Below, piece by piece: positions 39,677-53,543 of a stretch of 64,000 nt of DNA (position 1 is its first letter; each line of letters opens with the position of its first letter). The stretch is from Selaginella moellendorffii (lineage: Eukaryota; Plantae; Lycopodiophyta), in NCBI RefSeq assembly GCF_000143415.4, contig NW_003314296.1, positions 310,001-374,000 of the forward strand, in the 5' to 3' direction. Made by a program: the position numbers and the translations under genes. The notes below the pieces were generated by a model that worked only from the letters and a program-made list of their open reading frames with translations, was not told where the DNA came from and did not search any database.

Positions 39677-42540
39677 TCATCGTTCTAAGTTGGCGGCGGT
39701 GGAAAGATCTAATCTAAAACACCGCACTGCGCCAAGCAATTCTTCTGGTAGCTCGCTCTCACTTTCGGCCTGTGATCCAGGAAGAAAAAAGGAAAAAGAG
39801 AATTTATCGACCATCACTATCATGCTCCTAAGGAAATTGGTGGCTTACCCTCAACGAGAATCCCATATCTACAACCAACGCGGATATGTACCCAAATACG
39901 ATGCTCATCACTCCACGGACTATTCCCGACGATCCCATATTCACATCCACCTGTGTAACAGCACCCAACACTCTTGTAAACTATGAAGCAAGCAAACCAA
40001 ATGAAAGCTTGGTTTATTACCTCGATGTAGTTTTTGCCTTTGTGATAGCTGCAGTCCAGGATCTGGCCGAGTACCACGGCTCTCGATCCCACGGCTTGCC
40101 TCACAATCCAAGAGCCCTGGGTTCATGAAAAAAAAATGACTAGATTGAACAAACGAACTTTGTGTTACCTCGGGAACTGAGGGCAGCAGAAGAAGGCGTT
40201 GATTCCGGAAGTTGTCATCTTTGTGTATAAACTGATGCAGCAGCGACCCTTCCAGTATCTTCGTACGTGTTGCGAAGTAGTAAACCAGGCTGTAGTAGTG
40301 ACCAGAGTGAGGAACCTGCGAAGGTAAAACGCTGGTTATGCATTTTGGGCATCGAAAACTAATTACCTGCAAGTTGAACGTAAAGAAAAAGGCGTCCTTG
40401 CTCTGTTTTTGAAGTAAAATACGGACGAGAAAAATGAGGCGTGTCCAACAGAGAAAATAAACTACCTCTACCTCTGAAATGCCCCGTAAACAGGAGACAT
40501 TGTCTAGTTTGTCCTTGCTTTTGTACCAGTCTGCCGCAACAAGCTTAAAAATCGGTTCTTCCGCTGCAACCTGGTGAAAGGAGTTGAGAGAATCGAAACG
40601 CACCAAACGAATGATTACCAGCAAACCATCTCTCAGGTATCTTTTTCCTCGAAGTTTGAACAAGCTGCTGTCGGGCTCGGACACTGAATTGCGGCCAACT
40701 CCGCGGGACAGCGTTCCCGAGAAAGAGCACCACTTTTGCAAACCATCGCTGTGGCCATTGTATGCTGCAACATACACATAAGGTCCAAAAGCAACTCGGA
40801 GAAGATTTAACAAATGCATACCTTTGGCATTTCGAAGCCTTTCGTCTGATACATCGCTATGACTCTGAAAAGACACACGCAGAAGAATATATCAAATCAA
40901 GTACGTTTGCTTTTCCAAACCTCTGTGTCTGAAAATTGGTCCGCGCGTGCATCGAAAAAATCCTCCGTATCCGACGACCCGAGGAATGGTGTGGAAGCAA
41001 TACGTTGACGAATATTGCTGGCAGTGGCTGGTTCTTCCGTTACAACGATTGAATTTTCTCGGGGCCTTGGCATCATATTGGACTGTGTTGAATTCATTCG
41101 GTGCGCAGCAAAGTAGTCTCTTACACCTGCAATGGCACTAAGTAATAGGAATCACTCGTGTCACAATATATAAGCTACCCGCAATAACGCTCAAGAGATT
41201 GTCTCTAAGGTGGATACCATAACTGGAAGTTATGCAGCCAGGCCAGCCACCAGCGTCTATTTCAAACACGCTCTCCACCATACACTTTGAAGGCGTCAAT
41301 GGGGTGATCATATAGCCTCCACCTTCATTCATCCGACATCAGAGCCATTAAGTACAATCCTTCGCTGAAAATTGTTTTGTCTTACTATGTATTGTGGCAC
41401 GAACATGTCCAGGCTCAGTTGCCTTCCTATCCACTGACCTGTAAAAGATAGCTGTAGAAAAACCTTAGTTCTCTACATGGCTCTCAACATGTATAGCTTA
41501 CTGTATGCTCCATTGTCCTCACGCATCCAGTAGCGTGAAATGCAAAAGTCTCTCGGGCTCAAGTACCTGTAAGAAAGAATCTTAGTAATCACGGCGACAT
41601 TCCGAGTTCATACTTGCCGCCAATCTTGCGTCAAGCAAACATGAAGAACATCGGAATGGTCGTCTATAACTTCCACAATCGACGCTGTTTCAACAGTGTG
41701 ATCCCATCTATACAAAACAAAACAAATCAAAACAACAAACGTTAGCTTATCCAGACATTTTAAGCGTGCTACTCACTGGAATCGCTCGGGTCCATAGTTC
41801 ATGATCTCATCAAAAATAAGGTCCGCCTGGCCTTTCACAACTCCGACAGCTTTCATCACAGAGACCTGTAAGGTACAAAATCCTAGTCAATGGAGACAAA
41901 ACCATGACGAGAACAGAGCTCACCTTGGACCCACTACACATCTCCTTAAAGAACCTCAGGCCTGAAGCAAACTACGGTCAAAGCAGGCAAATTTAAAGAC
42001 GAGCAGTCACCATTCTCACAGCGAACAAGTTTCCATTTCGGCGGATCTGGAAAAGCTTCTGGAGTTCCGGGCTCCACGACAGGTGCCACTGCCAGCATAC
42101 TGTCATAACTCAGCAAAAAGAAAAAGATTCCTAGTTGACAAACCCTTTCCAATTGTCCTGAGACGCTTCATGCTCCAGGATCCTTGCCTAGTCCTGGAAA
42201 CGAGCACAAAAATTTACTCGGAGATACTTTCTTCCCTACACGACATGCTCACATACTGAAGCTTTCAGTGGAAGGCCATGAGTCCAAACAAGATAGAGCT
42301 GGCTGTAAAACAAGAAGAAACAAATCAACCAATCAATCTAGTCACTGGAAAGAAGAAAAAGTTACAGGAACTTCTTTCGAGTAATCACACACACTGTAGA
42401 GACGAATCGTGTAAAGAACCTGCCAAAACAGGACGATCACTCTTGCAAAGCTCTAGATTTTTTATTTCCTCGAAGCGATCGAGACAAAACCTTGCCGTTC
42501 ACCAATTGCCGCCCGGTATATCACCTACAGTTCATCCACA
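39677..42540 (-). CDS. EDR2-like START + DUF1336 protein; N-terminal PH region appears degenerate and the start is uncertain
   Basis: WKLVRCENG/LRFF, MKAVGVVKG, PRDFCISRYWMREDNG, GGGYMITPL, DSSLFKLRGKRYLRD, LQVPHSGHYYSLVYYF, GSWIVRQAVG and LPEELLGAVRCFRLD. Many short introns. Confidence 0.85.
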
Positions 42541-43815
42541 TTGATCAAATCGAGGTTTGCCACATACCAGATCGTCCTTGTGACGCAGCTCCGCGAATCG
42601 CTGGCCTAAAATGTGAGCACGCAGTGGATTCCACCGGCCTTGCTCGCACCGAAGCTGTCAGTCCTGGCGCCCACCCTCATCATCCTCTCTCAAGAACCCT
42701 AAAACTTCTATACAAACATTTCTTTACTTTCCTTTTTCCCCTTGATTGCCACGTTACAGCAAATAGAAAAATACTTTTTTGATTCTTCTGATCTGACTGT
42801 GCATGCATGGATGTGAATCTGGAGGAATCATGGGGATGATTCTTGAAATATTTTTGAGATCATGTTACATGACATCAGAAACTCTTTTGCCATCCACTCC
42901 AAAAAGCTGAGCACTAGGCTTTTATTTTTGCCTCCTTTTGTTTTTTATTTGTGATTCTTCTAGGATGTGTTCTGACTGAGGTTGTATAGAATGTGCCCCA
43001 ATTGCTCCATCCATGTGACATCCAGCAAGCAGCCTCAACAAGTCCTCCAATACAGAATCAATAAAACACTCAACTGGCAGACACCCAACCACCACAAAAC
43101 AATTCAATCCACTCCAACCTCCAAAAAGAGAGGAATTCATCCTATCAAAATCGAGTGGTGTGTGGATGGAATATCCCACATTCATGGATTAGGGTTCAGT
43201 GTGAACCAACCAACTGGGCACATGGTAAAATGTCAGGCCTTGATGCGAGCACATGCACGCACGTTGCGTTTTCTGACTTTTGGCCTTGATTGTAAGCTCG
43301 GGGGGACGGCTCAGATGTGCCCTCAATAAATGCGAATCGTTGGTTCGTTGGTTTAAGTCAATTTCTTTGACTCTCTTGAAGATTAAAGGGCTGATTAGCA
43401 CAAGTTTACTTACGAGTTTTTCTCGAGACAGTGGTTGTGGACAACATAGTTACGGTATTCAACCACGCTGTACGACTTCCCATGCGTACGTACAGTAATA
43501 GAAAATTCTTGCTTCAGTCTCTGTGAAGCACATGATCATCACCTCCCAAACCTGGAGCTATGATCCATGGTGGTTTGCTTTAACCTTTTCTTTGGTTTTC
43601 TAAACCATGTGGTCGCTTTCACACGCATTAATACTGGCTTCTCCACTATAAAAGCCGCTGAAACGCCCCCAACGCAAGAGCAGAGCTTAGTAGCGAAGAA
43701 GAAGAAGACGAGGAAGAGGAAGAGGAAGAAGAAGTTCCTCCTGCCGCGTTGAGGAGAAGCTCTTTCTTCCTTGCTTGTTGGTAATCGATCCAAAGTTCCA
43801 GCATTTCTTCCTTTC

Positions 43816-44376
43816 ATGGCGTCCTCCAAAGCCACATTTGCGCTGCTGGTCCTGGCAATGCTGCTTGTCTCACAGGTACGCAATTCCTTCCCTCTCTCTT
43901 CTCTCCCCGTGCCAGATCTAAATCTGCTTTGTCGATCTTCTTCTCCACGCAGGTTCAAGCTTCTTCTCTAGTGACCGGTTCCAAAGCAGTCGATGTAAGT
44001 TCCCCTGCCCGAATCGAAAGTCTCGTCAGTTTCTAACCCCGCTGTGTCTTGGATTTCTTGTTCTTCCCAGGTCCAGAAGAACAAAGGAGGCCAAATCCAA
44101 CCGCAAAGTAAGCATCACCTTCCGACTCTGTTCCGTCACACTGCCCTGTTTCTCCTCCTGACGATCCTCTGTTTCTGGTGTTCTTTCCGCTCAGGTTGCA
44201 CGAATCTCTGTAACTACCGCTGCTCTCAAACTCAGTACCACAAGCCTTGCATCAAGTACTGTAACCTTTGCTGCCAGAAATGCCTCTGCGTTCCCCCCGG
44301 CTTCTACGGCAACAAGCAAGTCTGCCCCTGCTACAACAACATGAAGAATGCCCGCGGCGGTCCAAAGTGCCCGTGA
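43816..44376 (+). CDS. GASA/Snakin cysteine-rich peptide
   Basis: Signal peptide MASSKATFALLVLAMLLVSQ and a 12-Cys GASA domain (CTNLCNYRCS...[24 protein letters not shown]...KCP). Four exons. Confidence 0.95.
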
Positions 44377-45835
44377 AGAGTGTATCGATCGCCCGGCACT
44401 CGACGAGATCTTACTTAGCTTCTTGCAGACGGACTTGTATTGGCATGAAAAAATCTGCCCATCTGTTTCAGAAGACTCTCACCAAGTTGTAAGAGAATGA
44501 ATACTATGGCTTTCTCCTCGCTCATCTTCTCCGCGATCGAACGGCAATGGGCGAGACACGTGAGCTGACACGAGCGCGGCTTTTCGTTGGCGAAAAGCTT
44601 TCCTCGACAACCAACTTGACTGTTCCTGAATCTGAATTTGTTGACTGGACTAGCTAACAGCAATAAATCAGAGGAAAGTTCGCAAACATAGATTCTATAC
44701 CGAAACCATCTCTCCTTGTGATCGTCCAGTTGCAAATCAGTGAATGTAGAAACAAGTTTAATAAACTAACTAAAAAGTAGTCGTAGTCCCAATGTTGATC
44801 ATGCTAAAAGATAAGCCTGCAGATTTAGCCTGGATTAGGGCGCAGTGCTGCTATTAAAGAACAGAGCCAAGGCGTTTAAGGGCGCCCCGCTTGATTGTCT
44901 TCTGGTTCTGGGGACGGCCATAGATGTAGGTGATTAAATAAGGTTTGTGGAAAATTAATTAGCCTGGAGTTTTGCTGTAGGTTAGGTTACATCAACCAAC
45001 ACATTTAACTCAAGATATACCACCTTGTTTAGTTTTGTTTGCTCTCTTTGACTATGAAGAGCCCAAAAAAAGTATAAAAATCCCCTTTGTAATATATTAT
45101 ATCAGGAACACTGCACACTTACTTGAACAAAACTGTTTAAAATTAATTAGGAAATATGAGGCTAATGGGAAAGATGCCATTTTCTCACATGCTCATGGAA
45201 TGTGGTGATGATTTGGGGTTTGGCTTGTTTGACTAGTATAAAGCACTTGGGTTTAGGACCAAATTGCTCTTTGGCGTACCTTTTCAAGAGTGTCTTATCA
45301 AATATAATACAGGGTTATCAATGAGAGTTGAAGGTGGTAAGGTAAAGTTTCTTTTGTCTCTCTTTAATGATGAACTTAGAAAGTCACATAGCATAGCATG
45401 TGTGAGTAGGACACATAAATTGCCTCCAAATTCATCATAAAAGAGAAATAGCTCTCATCTTGTCATATGTAACTTTGTATTCTATAAATAAAAAACAATT
45501 TTAGAATAAAAAGGTTAGTTGGGAACAAATTGGCAAAGCTTGGATTCTTAAACCTCCTCAGTGGACAATGCAGTATATCTAAACTTTGTTGAATAGACGA
45601 TGCCTTTTGTATTTTTTTAAATTATTATTCTAGTTTTTCTGAATCCAAGATTTTCATATATAACAAAATAAATGTCAGGGATATTAATTAATATTAGTTT
45701 AAAATGTTAATTTAATAATATCTGTATCTCAGAGTTTAAATATTTCGCATTAATACTGGCAGATTAAGCGGCACAAATGCAGAAGAGCCGAAAAGAAAGA
45801 AGTTCTGTTTGAGGACAAGCTCTCTTCTTAATTCC

Positions 45836-46228
45836 ATGGCGTCCTTCAAAGTTACGTTTGCACTGCTGCAGGTAAGGAATTCCGTCTTCTCTAGTCGCTG
45901 GTTCCAAAGTAGTCGAATTAAGTTCCCTGCACGAATTAAAATCTCTTCGATTTCTAACCCGTGCTTATCAACTTCCAACTCTGTTCCGTCACACTGCTCT
46001 GTTCTCCTCCTGATGATCCTCTGTTTCTGGTGTTCTTTCCGCTCGGGTTGCACGAATCTCTGTAACTACCGCTGCTCCCAAACTCAGGACCACAAGCGTT
46101 GCATCAAGTACTGTAACCTTTGCTGCCAGAAATGCCCGTGCGTTCCCCCGGCTTCTACGGCAACAAGCAAGTCTGCCCCTGCTACAACAACATGAAGAAT
46201 GCCCGCGGCGGTCCAAAGTGCCCGTGAA
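45836..46228 (+). pseudogene. Duplicated GASA pseudogene
   Basis: Near-identical last exon and 3' flank (to ~46510). The 5' exons are partly deleted, the acceptor is changed CAG to CGG, and a C6 run is shortened to C5, causing a frameshift. Confidence 0.9.
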
Positions 46229-46986
46229 GAGTGTATCGATCGTCCGGCACTCGACGAGATCTTACTTAGCTTCTTGCAGACAGACTTGTATTGGCATGAA
46301 AAAATCTGCCCATCTGTTTCAAAAGGCTTTAGATTAGTTGTAAGAGAATGAAATGGATTCAAGTATACCATACTCTCTTTCGCTTTACCTCCTCGCTTTT
46401 TCGCGACCAAACGGTGATGGGCGAGACACACAAGAGTCACTTCTCGTTGGTGCCGAAACGCTTTCCTCGATAAACAGCTTGACTGTTCCTGAAATTTGTT
46501 GACCGACATTAGCTCGCTAAGCAGCAGTCAGAGGAAAACAAAACTAGGTACCTTTCAGGAAAGCGGCTCTCACATGATACCAATAAAGAAACCGAAAGCG
46601 ACATGGTCCTGCGTTCTTGTTCCTCTGGCGACGATGTGAGCGAATCAAACAAACAAACCGAAAGCGAACAGCACTTAACTCGCGAACGCATCGAGAGCGG
46701 CCTCTTTCTGCCGTGCCGACAGTCGGTGTCCAATGCGCTCGTCTATCATGCCTGTAAGCTCTGAGAACATTTAACACCAAGTAGTTAGGCCGATACAAGC
46801 AGCGGTTGGGCAACAGTTATGGCGAGTAACTTCCCGATCGAAAATGTATTTCATACAAGGCAGTGAGGAAACGAAAGCATTGCACACTACACGGCACAGA
46901 GTATATGGCGTGATTCACTTCTCTCTGGAAAACAAAAGAAAAGAACAAAGTGAGTCACTCAACATGAAACTTGACTTTACCTTTGA

Positions 46987-47725
46987 TCACTTGGACATCA
47001 TCATCTTTACAAAGTCCTCGTAGTTGATCTGCCCATCGCCATCCACGTTTGCCTCGCGGATCATCTCGTCAACTTCGTCGTCGGTGAGCTTCTCCCCGAG
47101 ATTCGTCATGACGTGCCGCAGCTCCGCCGCGGAGATGAAGCCGTTTTGCTCCTTGTCAAACACGCGAAACGCCTCCTTGAGCTCCTCCTCCGAGTCGGTG
47201 TCTTTCATCTTCCTGGCCATGAGGTTTAGAAACTCGGGGAAATCCACGGTGCCGCTGCCGTCGGCGTCGATCTCGTTGATCATGTCTTGGAGCTCCGCCT
47301 CGGTGGGATTTTGTCCGAGCGATCGCATCACTGTTCCCAGCTCTTTGGTCGTAATGCATCCTGTTCAAAGCCACAAAAGAATGTGAAGTTCTACCCAAGA
47401 GCTAAGATCACTTCACTCGAAAGAACAAGAATCTAGGAAACTCTTTAAACTAGATTCAAGAAGAATGCCAATTGTCAGTGCCAAGAACATCGAGCAAGAA
47501 AGCTAGACACCCTAAACCGATACTTCCATGAGAAATGCCAGGCACAGAGAAAGGAATCGGCATGAAGAAAGAGCGCAAATGCTGGATCAACATTACGAGC
47601 AATGCATCCACAAACCGCAAAGAAACTGCGCAAGAATCAAAGATTCTACCGTCGCCGTCCTTGTCGAAGAGGCTGAATGCCTCCTTGAACTCGGAAATCT
47701 GCTCCTCCGTGAGCTCCTCCACCAT
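46987..47725 (-). CDS. CAM: Calmodulin variant (exons 47650-47725 and 46987-47360)
   Basis: 149 aa protein with four EF-hands and the conserved plant CaM intron in the Gly26 codon. Confidence 0.95.
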
Positions 47726-48616
47726 ACTTCCTCGCTGGATCGATCGGTGGATTCAAAAGAGAAATCTCCCTCGCCGCGACGCCCTCGCAGCTCGAAATCG
47801 CGGATGAAATAGCCCTAGCCGTACACGCCTTGTGGCACCGTGTACGGCAGCCAGGTAGTTGAGCTGACTGACGGCGCGAGACGTCCGTTATCGACCCGCC
47901 GACAAATTGCCGTACACGGAAACGCGGGAAAAAAGATCCTCACGTACACATATACGACCTTCCCCAAAATGCGCCTTTCCCGAAAAAGACCTGCCCCAAA
48001 AGAGACCCTGATTGCATGGTCCCGCATGCCACGTCATGCACCCATCCATGGACAATTTTTTTTTCTCCTTGTCCCTTTCGGAAATATGCTCCACTCACTC
48101 AAAAAAAATCACTGAAACCAGCAACATCTTTCTTCTAGGTGTATCAATCAATCCTACAACCAATGAATGATAGAGCAATTTTTTCCAAACTTGTCCATGT
48201 AAGATAGTGACTCTTCATAAGAATAATAATATGAATAACAATAAGTTGTACAAGCACTGAGGTATGAAACGTAATAATTTTCTTCTTGATCTCCAAGCAT
48301 AGAAATGTTTTGCCTATATGACACAAGGAATGTGCTATCACTTTGTTTTTGCTGGTTGCTGGCCAGACCACTTCAATGCACCTCACCATTCGATCCATTT
48401 GATCGAAAACATCAGCTGAACCGAAAACTCTCTCGATCTCAATTTGCGGTAAAAAACTCTCTGGAGTGACCGATCCACAAATCCCGGGCCGGAAGAGAAC
48501 TTGTTTACTCTACATCATACTTAAGCTTTCTTGTAAAAGTAGAATCCACTTGTAATGGATGTTGGTCATTGTGGCTGGTTATTTTTGTCACGGGGTTCAA
48601 CCGGTGCTGATCATGA

Positions 48617-49942
48617 TCAATGGCTGCTGTCTGATGACGCTTGAATCAGCGACGAACGCCGCCCGCCCCGGTTCGGCTCATACAGCCTGCACTCACACAT
48701 ACAGTGATATACTTTGGAGACAAGACATTTCAGGGACTTAATCAAACGACTCGTATTACCCAAGCTGTAATGACGTCTGAAGGTTTTGGTCGCTCAAGCT
48801 GCTCTGCTGCTGCTGCTGCTGCTGCTGCTTCTGGATATGAATCTGCATTTGCTGCGAAATTGCCTGCTGCTGAGCCTGCTTCTGCTGCTGCTGCTGCTGC
48901 TTGTGTTGTTGCTGTGATCTGCTCGAAGACAAGGACAAGGACGCATTTCCGAAGCTTGGAGGTTCCCTTGTCTCCAGTGGGTTGACGCTTCCCTGCGCAT
49001 GGTCGGCAAGCTGCGAAAGAAGCAGGATTTTTCCTTGTGTGATTCAAAAAACAGAACAAATTTGATGGGCATTGCATTACTCGTCGTCGCAGCATTTCGT
49101 TTTCCTTGTGCAGCTGGAGCTCCTGTTTTTCGTGCATGGGCGATTAGCGATTCAGCTTTGGTAAAAGTTTACCCGTCTGCGCAGGTCCTCGATTTCGTCG
49201 AGAAAAACTTGCTCCTGGTGCATGGAGAGTGCACACTAGCTTGCTCAACATGGATAGCATAACGAAATCAGCTCCTCAGGAATCTAGATATTGAAAAACA
49301 GGAAGGAATCTATAAAAGGTTTCGACATTGACCTTTCGAGAACGTATTCTGTTGAGCCCAAGCTCCAGCTGCTGCTCTAGGCTTTGCAAATCTTTGAGAG
49401 CCAAGTGAGCGAGATCGTCACCCAAGAGATGCCTGGCAAAGAACTCGAGAGAATCATTCAAAGTATATATATAGAGTGTATATGATCATACCTTTGAGTT
49501 TGCTGTGAGCGCTCCAGCTGCTGCTTCAACCTTATGACTTCGCGGCTGAAGTACTACAACATATGTTATATTGAGACTCTGATTAAATTTCCAATGAAAT
49601 TCTTTGAGAATGCATGCGAGCCACAAGATGTTTGAGTGATCTTGTTTGCTATGAGAAGAAAGAAAAGAAAGGAGAAAAACTTACATCACTGTCGTGGTGC
49701 TGGCTTGCTATATTCCCGCCCTGGACGCTCTCAGGGTACTTTCCATACCTATCCAATATCTCCTTCATACTAATGACATCCACCATCCCACCAAGAAAAA
49801 AAAAATCGGCCAGCCATACAATCAACCAAAAAGAAAATGGGAAGAACAAGTCAGTCACAATTTTATAGACAAATCGTCTAGCTATAGCCAAGAAACCCAA
49901 AAAGGAAGTTCCTCTTGAAGTGTTACTGTTCCAAAAGATGAG

Positions 49943-49981
<39 letters not shown>

Positions 49982-50558
49982 CAAAATAAAAACGCTGTGC
50001 TGTGCGAAGTTTACACGAGAGAACTAAAGGCAACACATCCCAGCTGGAGATTTGGAGGGTACCACAAAAAAGATCGTCACAGAACCACGCAAAGAACAGG
50101 GACTAGCAGTAGACTCGCAATAGTAGTACATGGCAAAAGGAAGAACAAGAAAGAAGCAAAACTTCCAAAACAATGGACACCATAGCCACCATGAGCAAAA
50201 GAGGAAGGGAAAAAGAAAAAACTGCCAAGCAAAGCAAAACCACTCACCTTGTACTGGCGTATTCGAAAAGTTTCCCTGTGCTGGAGAAGATGATGAGCGC
50301 AACTTGAGCGTCGCATAGAACTGAGAGCTCGTGAGCTTTCTTGAGTAGGCCCCCGCGGCGCTTGGAGAAAGTAACTTGGCGGCTGGTAGCGTTTTCGATT
50401 CGCTTAATCTCGATCTTTCCTCGCCCCACGGATGGCTGCTGCTGATGATCTGACCTCTTCTCCTGGGGAGATTTGGCGCTGGATGCCTGCTGATGGTGTT
50501 CTTGCTGCTGCGCCGCCGAGGAAGACGATGTCCCGAGGCTAAGTCCCTCGGACTCCAT
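48617..50558 (-). CDS. MIKCc-type MADS-box transcription factor with an N-terminal extension and poly-Q C-terminus
   Basis: MADS domain [41 protein letters not shown] exon [10 protein letters not shown]-box exons ([33 protein letters not shown] and two 42 bp exons) and C-terminal QTSLQLG. Confidence 0.93.
49946..49977. repeat. (GA)n microsatellite in the MADS first intron
   Basis: Directly visible. Confidence 0.9.
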
Positions 50559-53543
50559 AGCTACCTGGTGCTAGTGATCTCCCTCTCTCTTTTCCTGCTC
50601 GATTTGATCCGGGGCCTAATACCCATGAGCAAATTCAGCAGCCCATTGCTTCATCCAGATCATTGATAAAAATGATGGAGATCTGGATATGGGGTGTTTC
50701 TGCAAAGCAAAGCAAAGCTTAAGAGGATGATATCAAGGTAGATGGACAGAGAAGAGATAGAAGATCAAATCACTCTCTCGAATGCTCACTTCTTGTTCTA
50801 AACTAGGAGAACCTTTGTCTTGTGGGGAAATAGAAGGAAGTATAATCCATGGCTTGCTCCATCTCTCTCTCTCTCTCTCTCTCCTCCCCTCTCTCTCTAG
50901 AGGTTTTGTGCTTCCAGCAAATTTGGACTGCACACTCTCACAGACCGCTTTTGGAGTGGAAAAGGAGAGAAGGAAAAGGAGAAAAAAACTCCACACGAGA
51001 TACACACATATAGCAGTAGTATGTGCAGCAGTAGCAGCAGCAGCAGATCAGGTCTTTGTTGGGACCCTGGCGTCTATCAGTGTCGAAATGCGTGCTTCAC
51101 ACAAGAAAAAAAATGCAGCCGGAGGATCAAGGACTCCTGATGCTAAGTAGAGCATGATCAGGAGTTAAAAAAAAAAGGTGAACCAAGAACAATCGAAATG
51201 GTAAAGGGGCAATTTGGTTGCTCTCAATTCTCCAAAGGCCGATGAAACTTAGCTTTCATTCTTGGCTGCTTTTTTCGTGCTGTTGGCTGCTGCTTGCTCC
51301 GGGCTGAGACTCTCTCCTCTTCTTGTCTTTTTTCTTCTTTTTTTTCTTTCTTCTGCTGCTTGCTGCTGGCTCCTGAAGCCCCTCTGACCAAGTGAGTAAA
51401 TTCAATCACTTCACCAGAAAATAAAATAAACCTTTAAAAAAAGGGAGAAGAACATTGATATCCATATTTGGACATATCTCGCATTCCACAAAGAGAAACA
51501 AAGATGGAGCCAAATGCCAATCTTCTCCCTTCTCTGCTCTAAAAGAGGTGTGTGTGTGTATCTGAGAGAAAAACAACAACCTATATAGCTCTTCTTCACT
51601 GACTCAAATATAGACTCCAGTTCCCTGGAGAATGAATCAGGTCATAATTAGGCACTAACCACCCGTTAATTGGTCCCTAAAGTAGTGACTTTCTATTTTT
51701 ATTAGAGAAGGGCACCCCCATACACAAATAGCAACCTGCCTGTTTCCACAGATCCGCCCTTTGCACTTGATGCCGTCACGCGGCTCCACCTCGCTGTTGA
51801 CACGTGTTTTTCTAGTACATGCCTCGTGGCGTGGCACTTCATCCATCATCTTTTTTCGGCCAAGTGAATATTGGGATATCGTTTCATGGTTTTTAATTTT
51901 TGGTTGTCCCCACCCATAAATCATGGAGTGGCTTCTGTGGACACAGGAGAATCACGCCCAGGGGTTTTCGTTAAACATGCCCGGCTCCTTGTTTACATGT
52001 GTATTTACAATTTTTACATTTTTTGCTTTCTATTTTTCTTTTTTCCCCTTTTCCTGCATGTGACAATCAATCCACTGCGTCCTGGGGAAGGCCTTACCTG
52101 CAAAAGCATTAACAACAACACTGCAAGTTAAGATTGGATGTCCGCACTTCACGTGCAATTTTCTAATGATTTTTTTCTTTTAAATTAAAAATAGAAAATA
52201 AAAAACATCACATTTTCTCATTTGGTTGTGAAGTCAACATGTGTCGCGCAAGACATATTCCCATGCTGTCGATTTCCGGAGGAGCTGGACGTTAGGACAT
52301 GGAAATTGGAAGACATAAATGAAACACTGAGTGACCTTGTCACTACTCTTTCTTTTGGGTCTTAAATTTTCTTTCCTTTTGGCTAATCTAACATCACTAA
52401 GGGAACTTGTACGTACGTAAAGAATCATATTTTCCAAAGGAAGAAAGAATGAGTGCGTTGCGTGCACAAAAGTTGCCAAAGCACACACTTGTTCTTGCAT
52501 GTATGTCAACTTTACTCTTTGTGCTGTTTGGTGTTCTATTCTACCATTCCAGCATTTTTCAGAGTGTCTGAGCTGGAAATTTAAGAGCCTCAAAATTTCT
52601 GCTGCGAAAGAAAAAAGGCAAATTGATCATAAAGAAAAAGGGAAAAGTGGCTTTATGCTTAGTTTGTGGCGCATAGTGCACCAGTCAACTTTAGTCAAAA
52701 GTCATAGGAAGAACATATATTATGATTTTATGAAGTAAGAAAGCTTACTAGCCTGGATCTTCACTTGCATCACACCAAAGATTTTATTCTTGTTGAGTTG
52801 TCAGTTCTAGGATGCCCTCCAAACACGATCTTTCCAAACTGCTCGATATTTTAATTCGTCCAACTCGGTACTTGCTTACCCACTAAACAAATATGAAATG
52901 TAAGTTTTTCTTTACCTTATTGGTGGTCATTGGTGGTGGTGCTACTGCTGTTTCTACCCTTGCTCTTGACTTTTTCCAGAAAATGTACAAAATCAGAAAG
53001 AAAAAAAAGGAAGAAATGGCACACCAACCAAACCAGCATGACTAAAACTAGCTTATTTACATTGCATTTGAGTCCTGTTGTCCGAAGGCCATGGATCCAG
53101 TTAGGTTCCAGCGATGACTTATTTTAATCTCTGCTTGGAATTTCACTCACTTTTAATATCACTTACCAAGCAATGGATACATATTTTGTTGCAACTACGA
53201 TGCACATAAATCTGCATAGTAGTTTGCATTCTAGCCCAAAAATGCCCTTCAAGAGTAACATGACAACAAGGGGTGTGTTTTTAAAGAGCTTAAAGCCAAA
53301 GCTAGGCATCGGTCCCAACACTAAAAACTAAACAAAGAGATATTAAACTTGGTTGCTTGGTTGGGCATGACGCACAAACCAAGTCATTTTTCTTCTTTAA
53401 TATATACCTTAAACAATGGAAAACCATCGATGTCCAAATACCTTACGCTCTTCTTTCAGTTTTAGTCAAGTTAGTCTCACCAGAATCGAACCTCAAACCA
53501 CGGAGAAAGTTAGTTATCCGTGATTTCGTTTTGCTTCTTCTAA

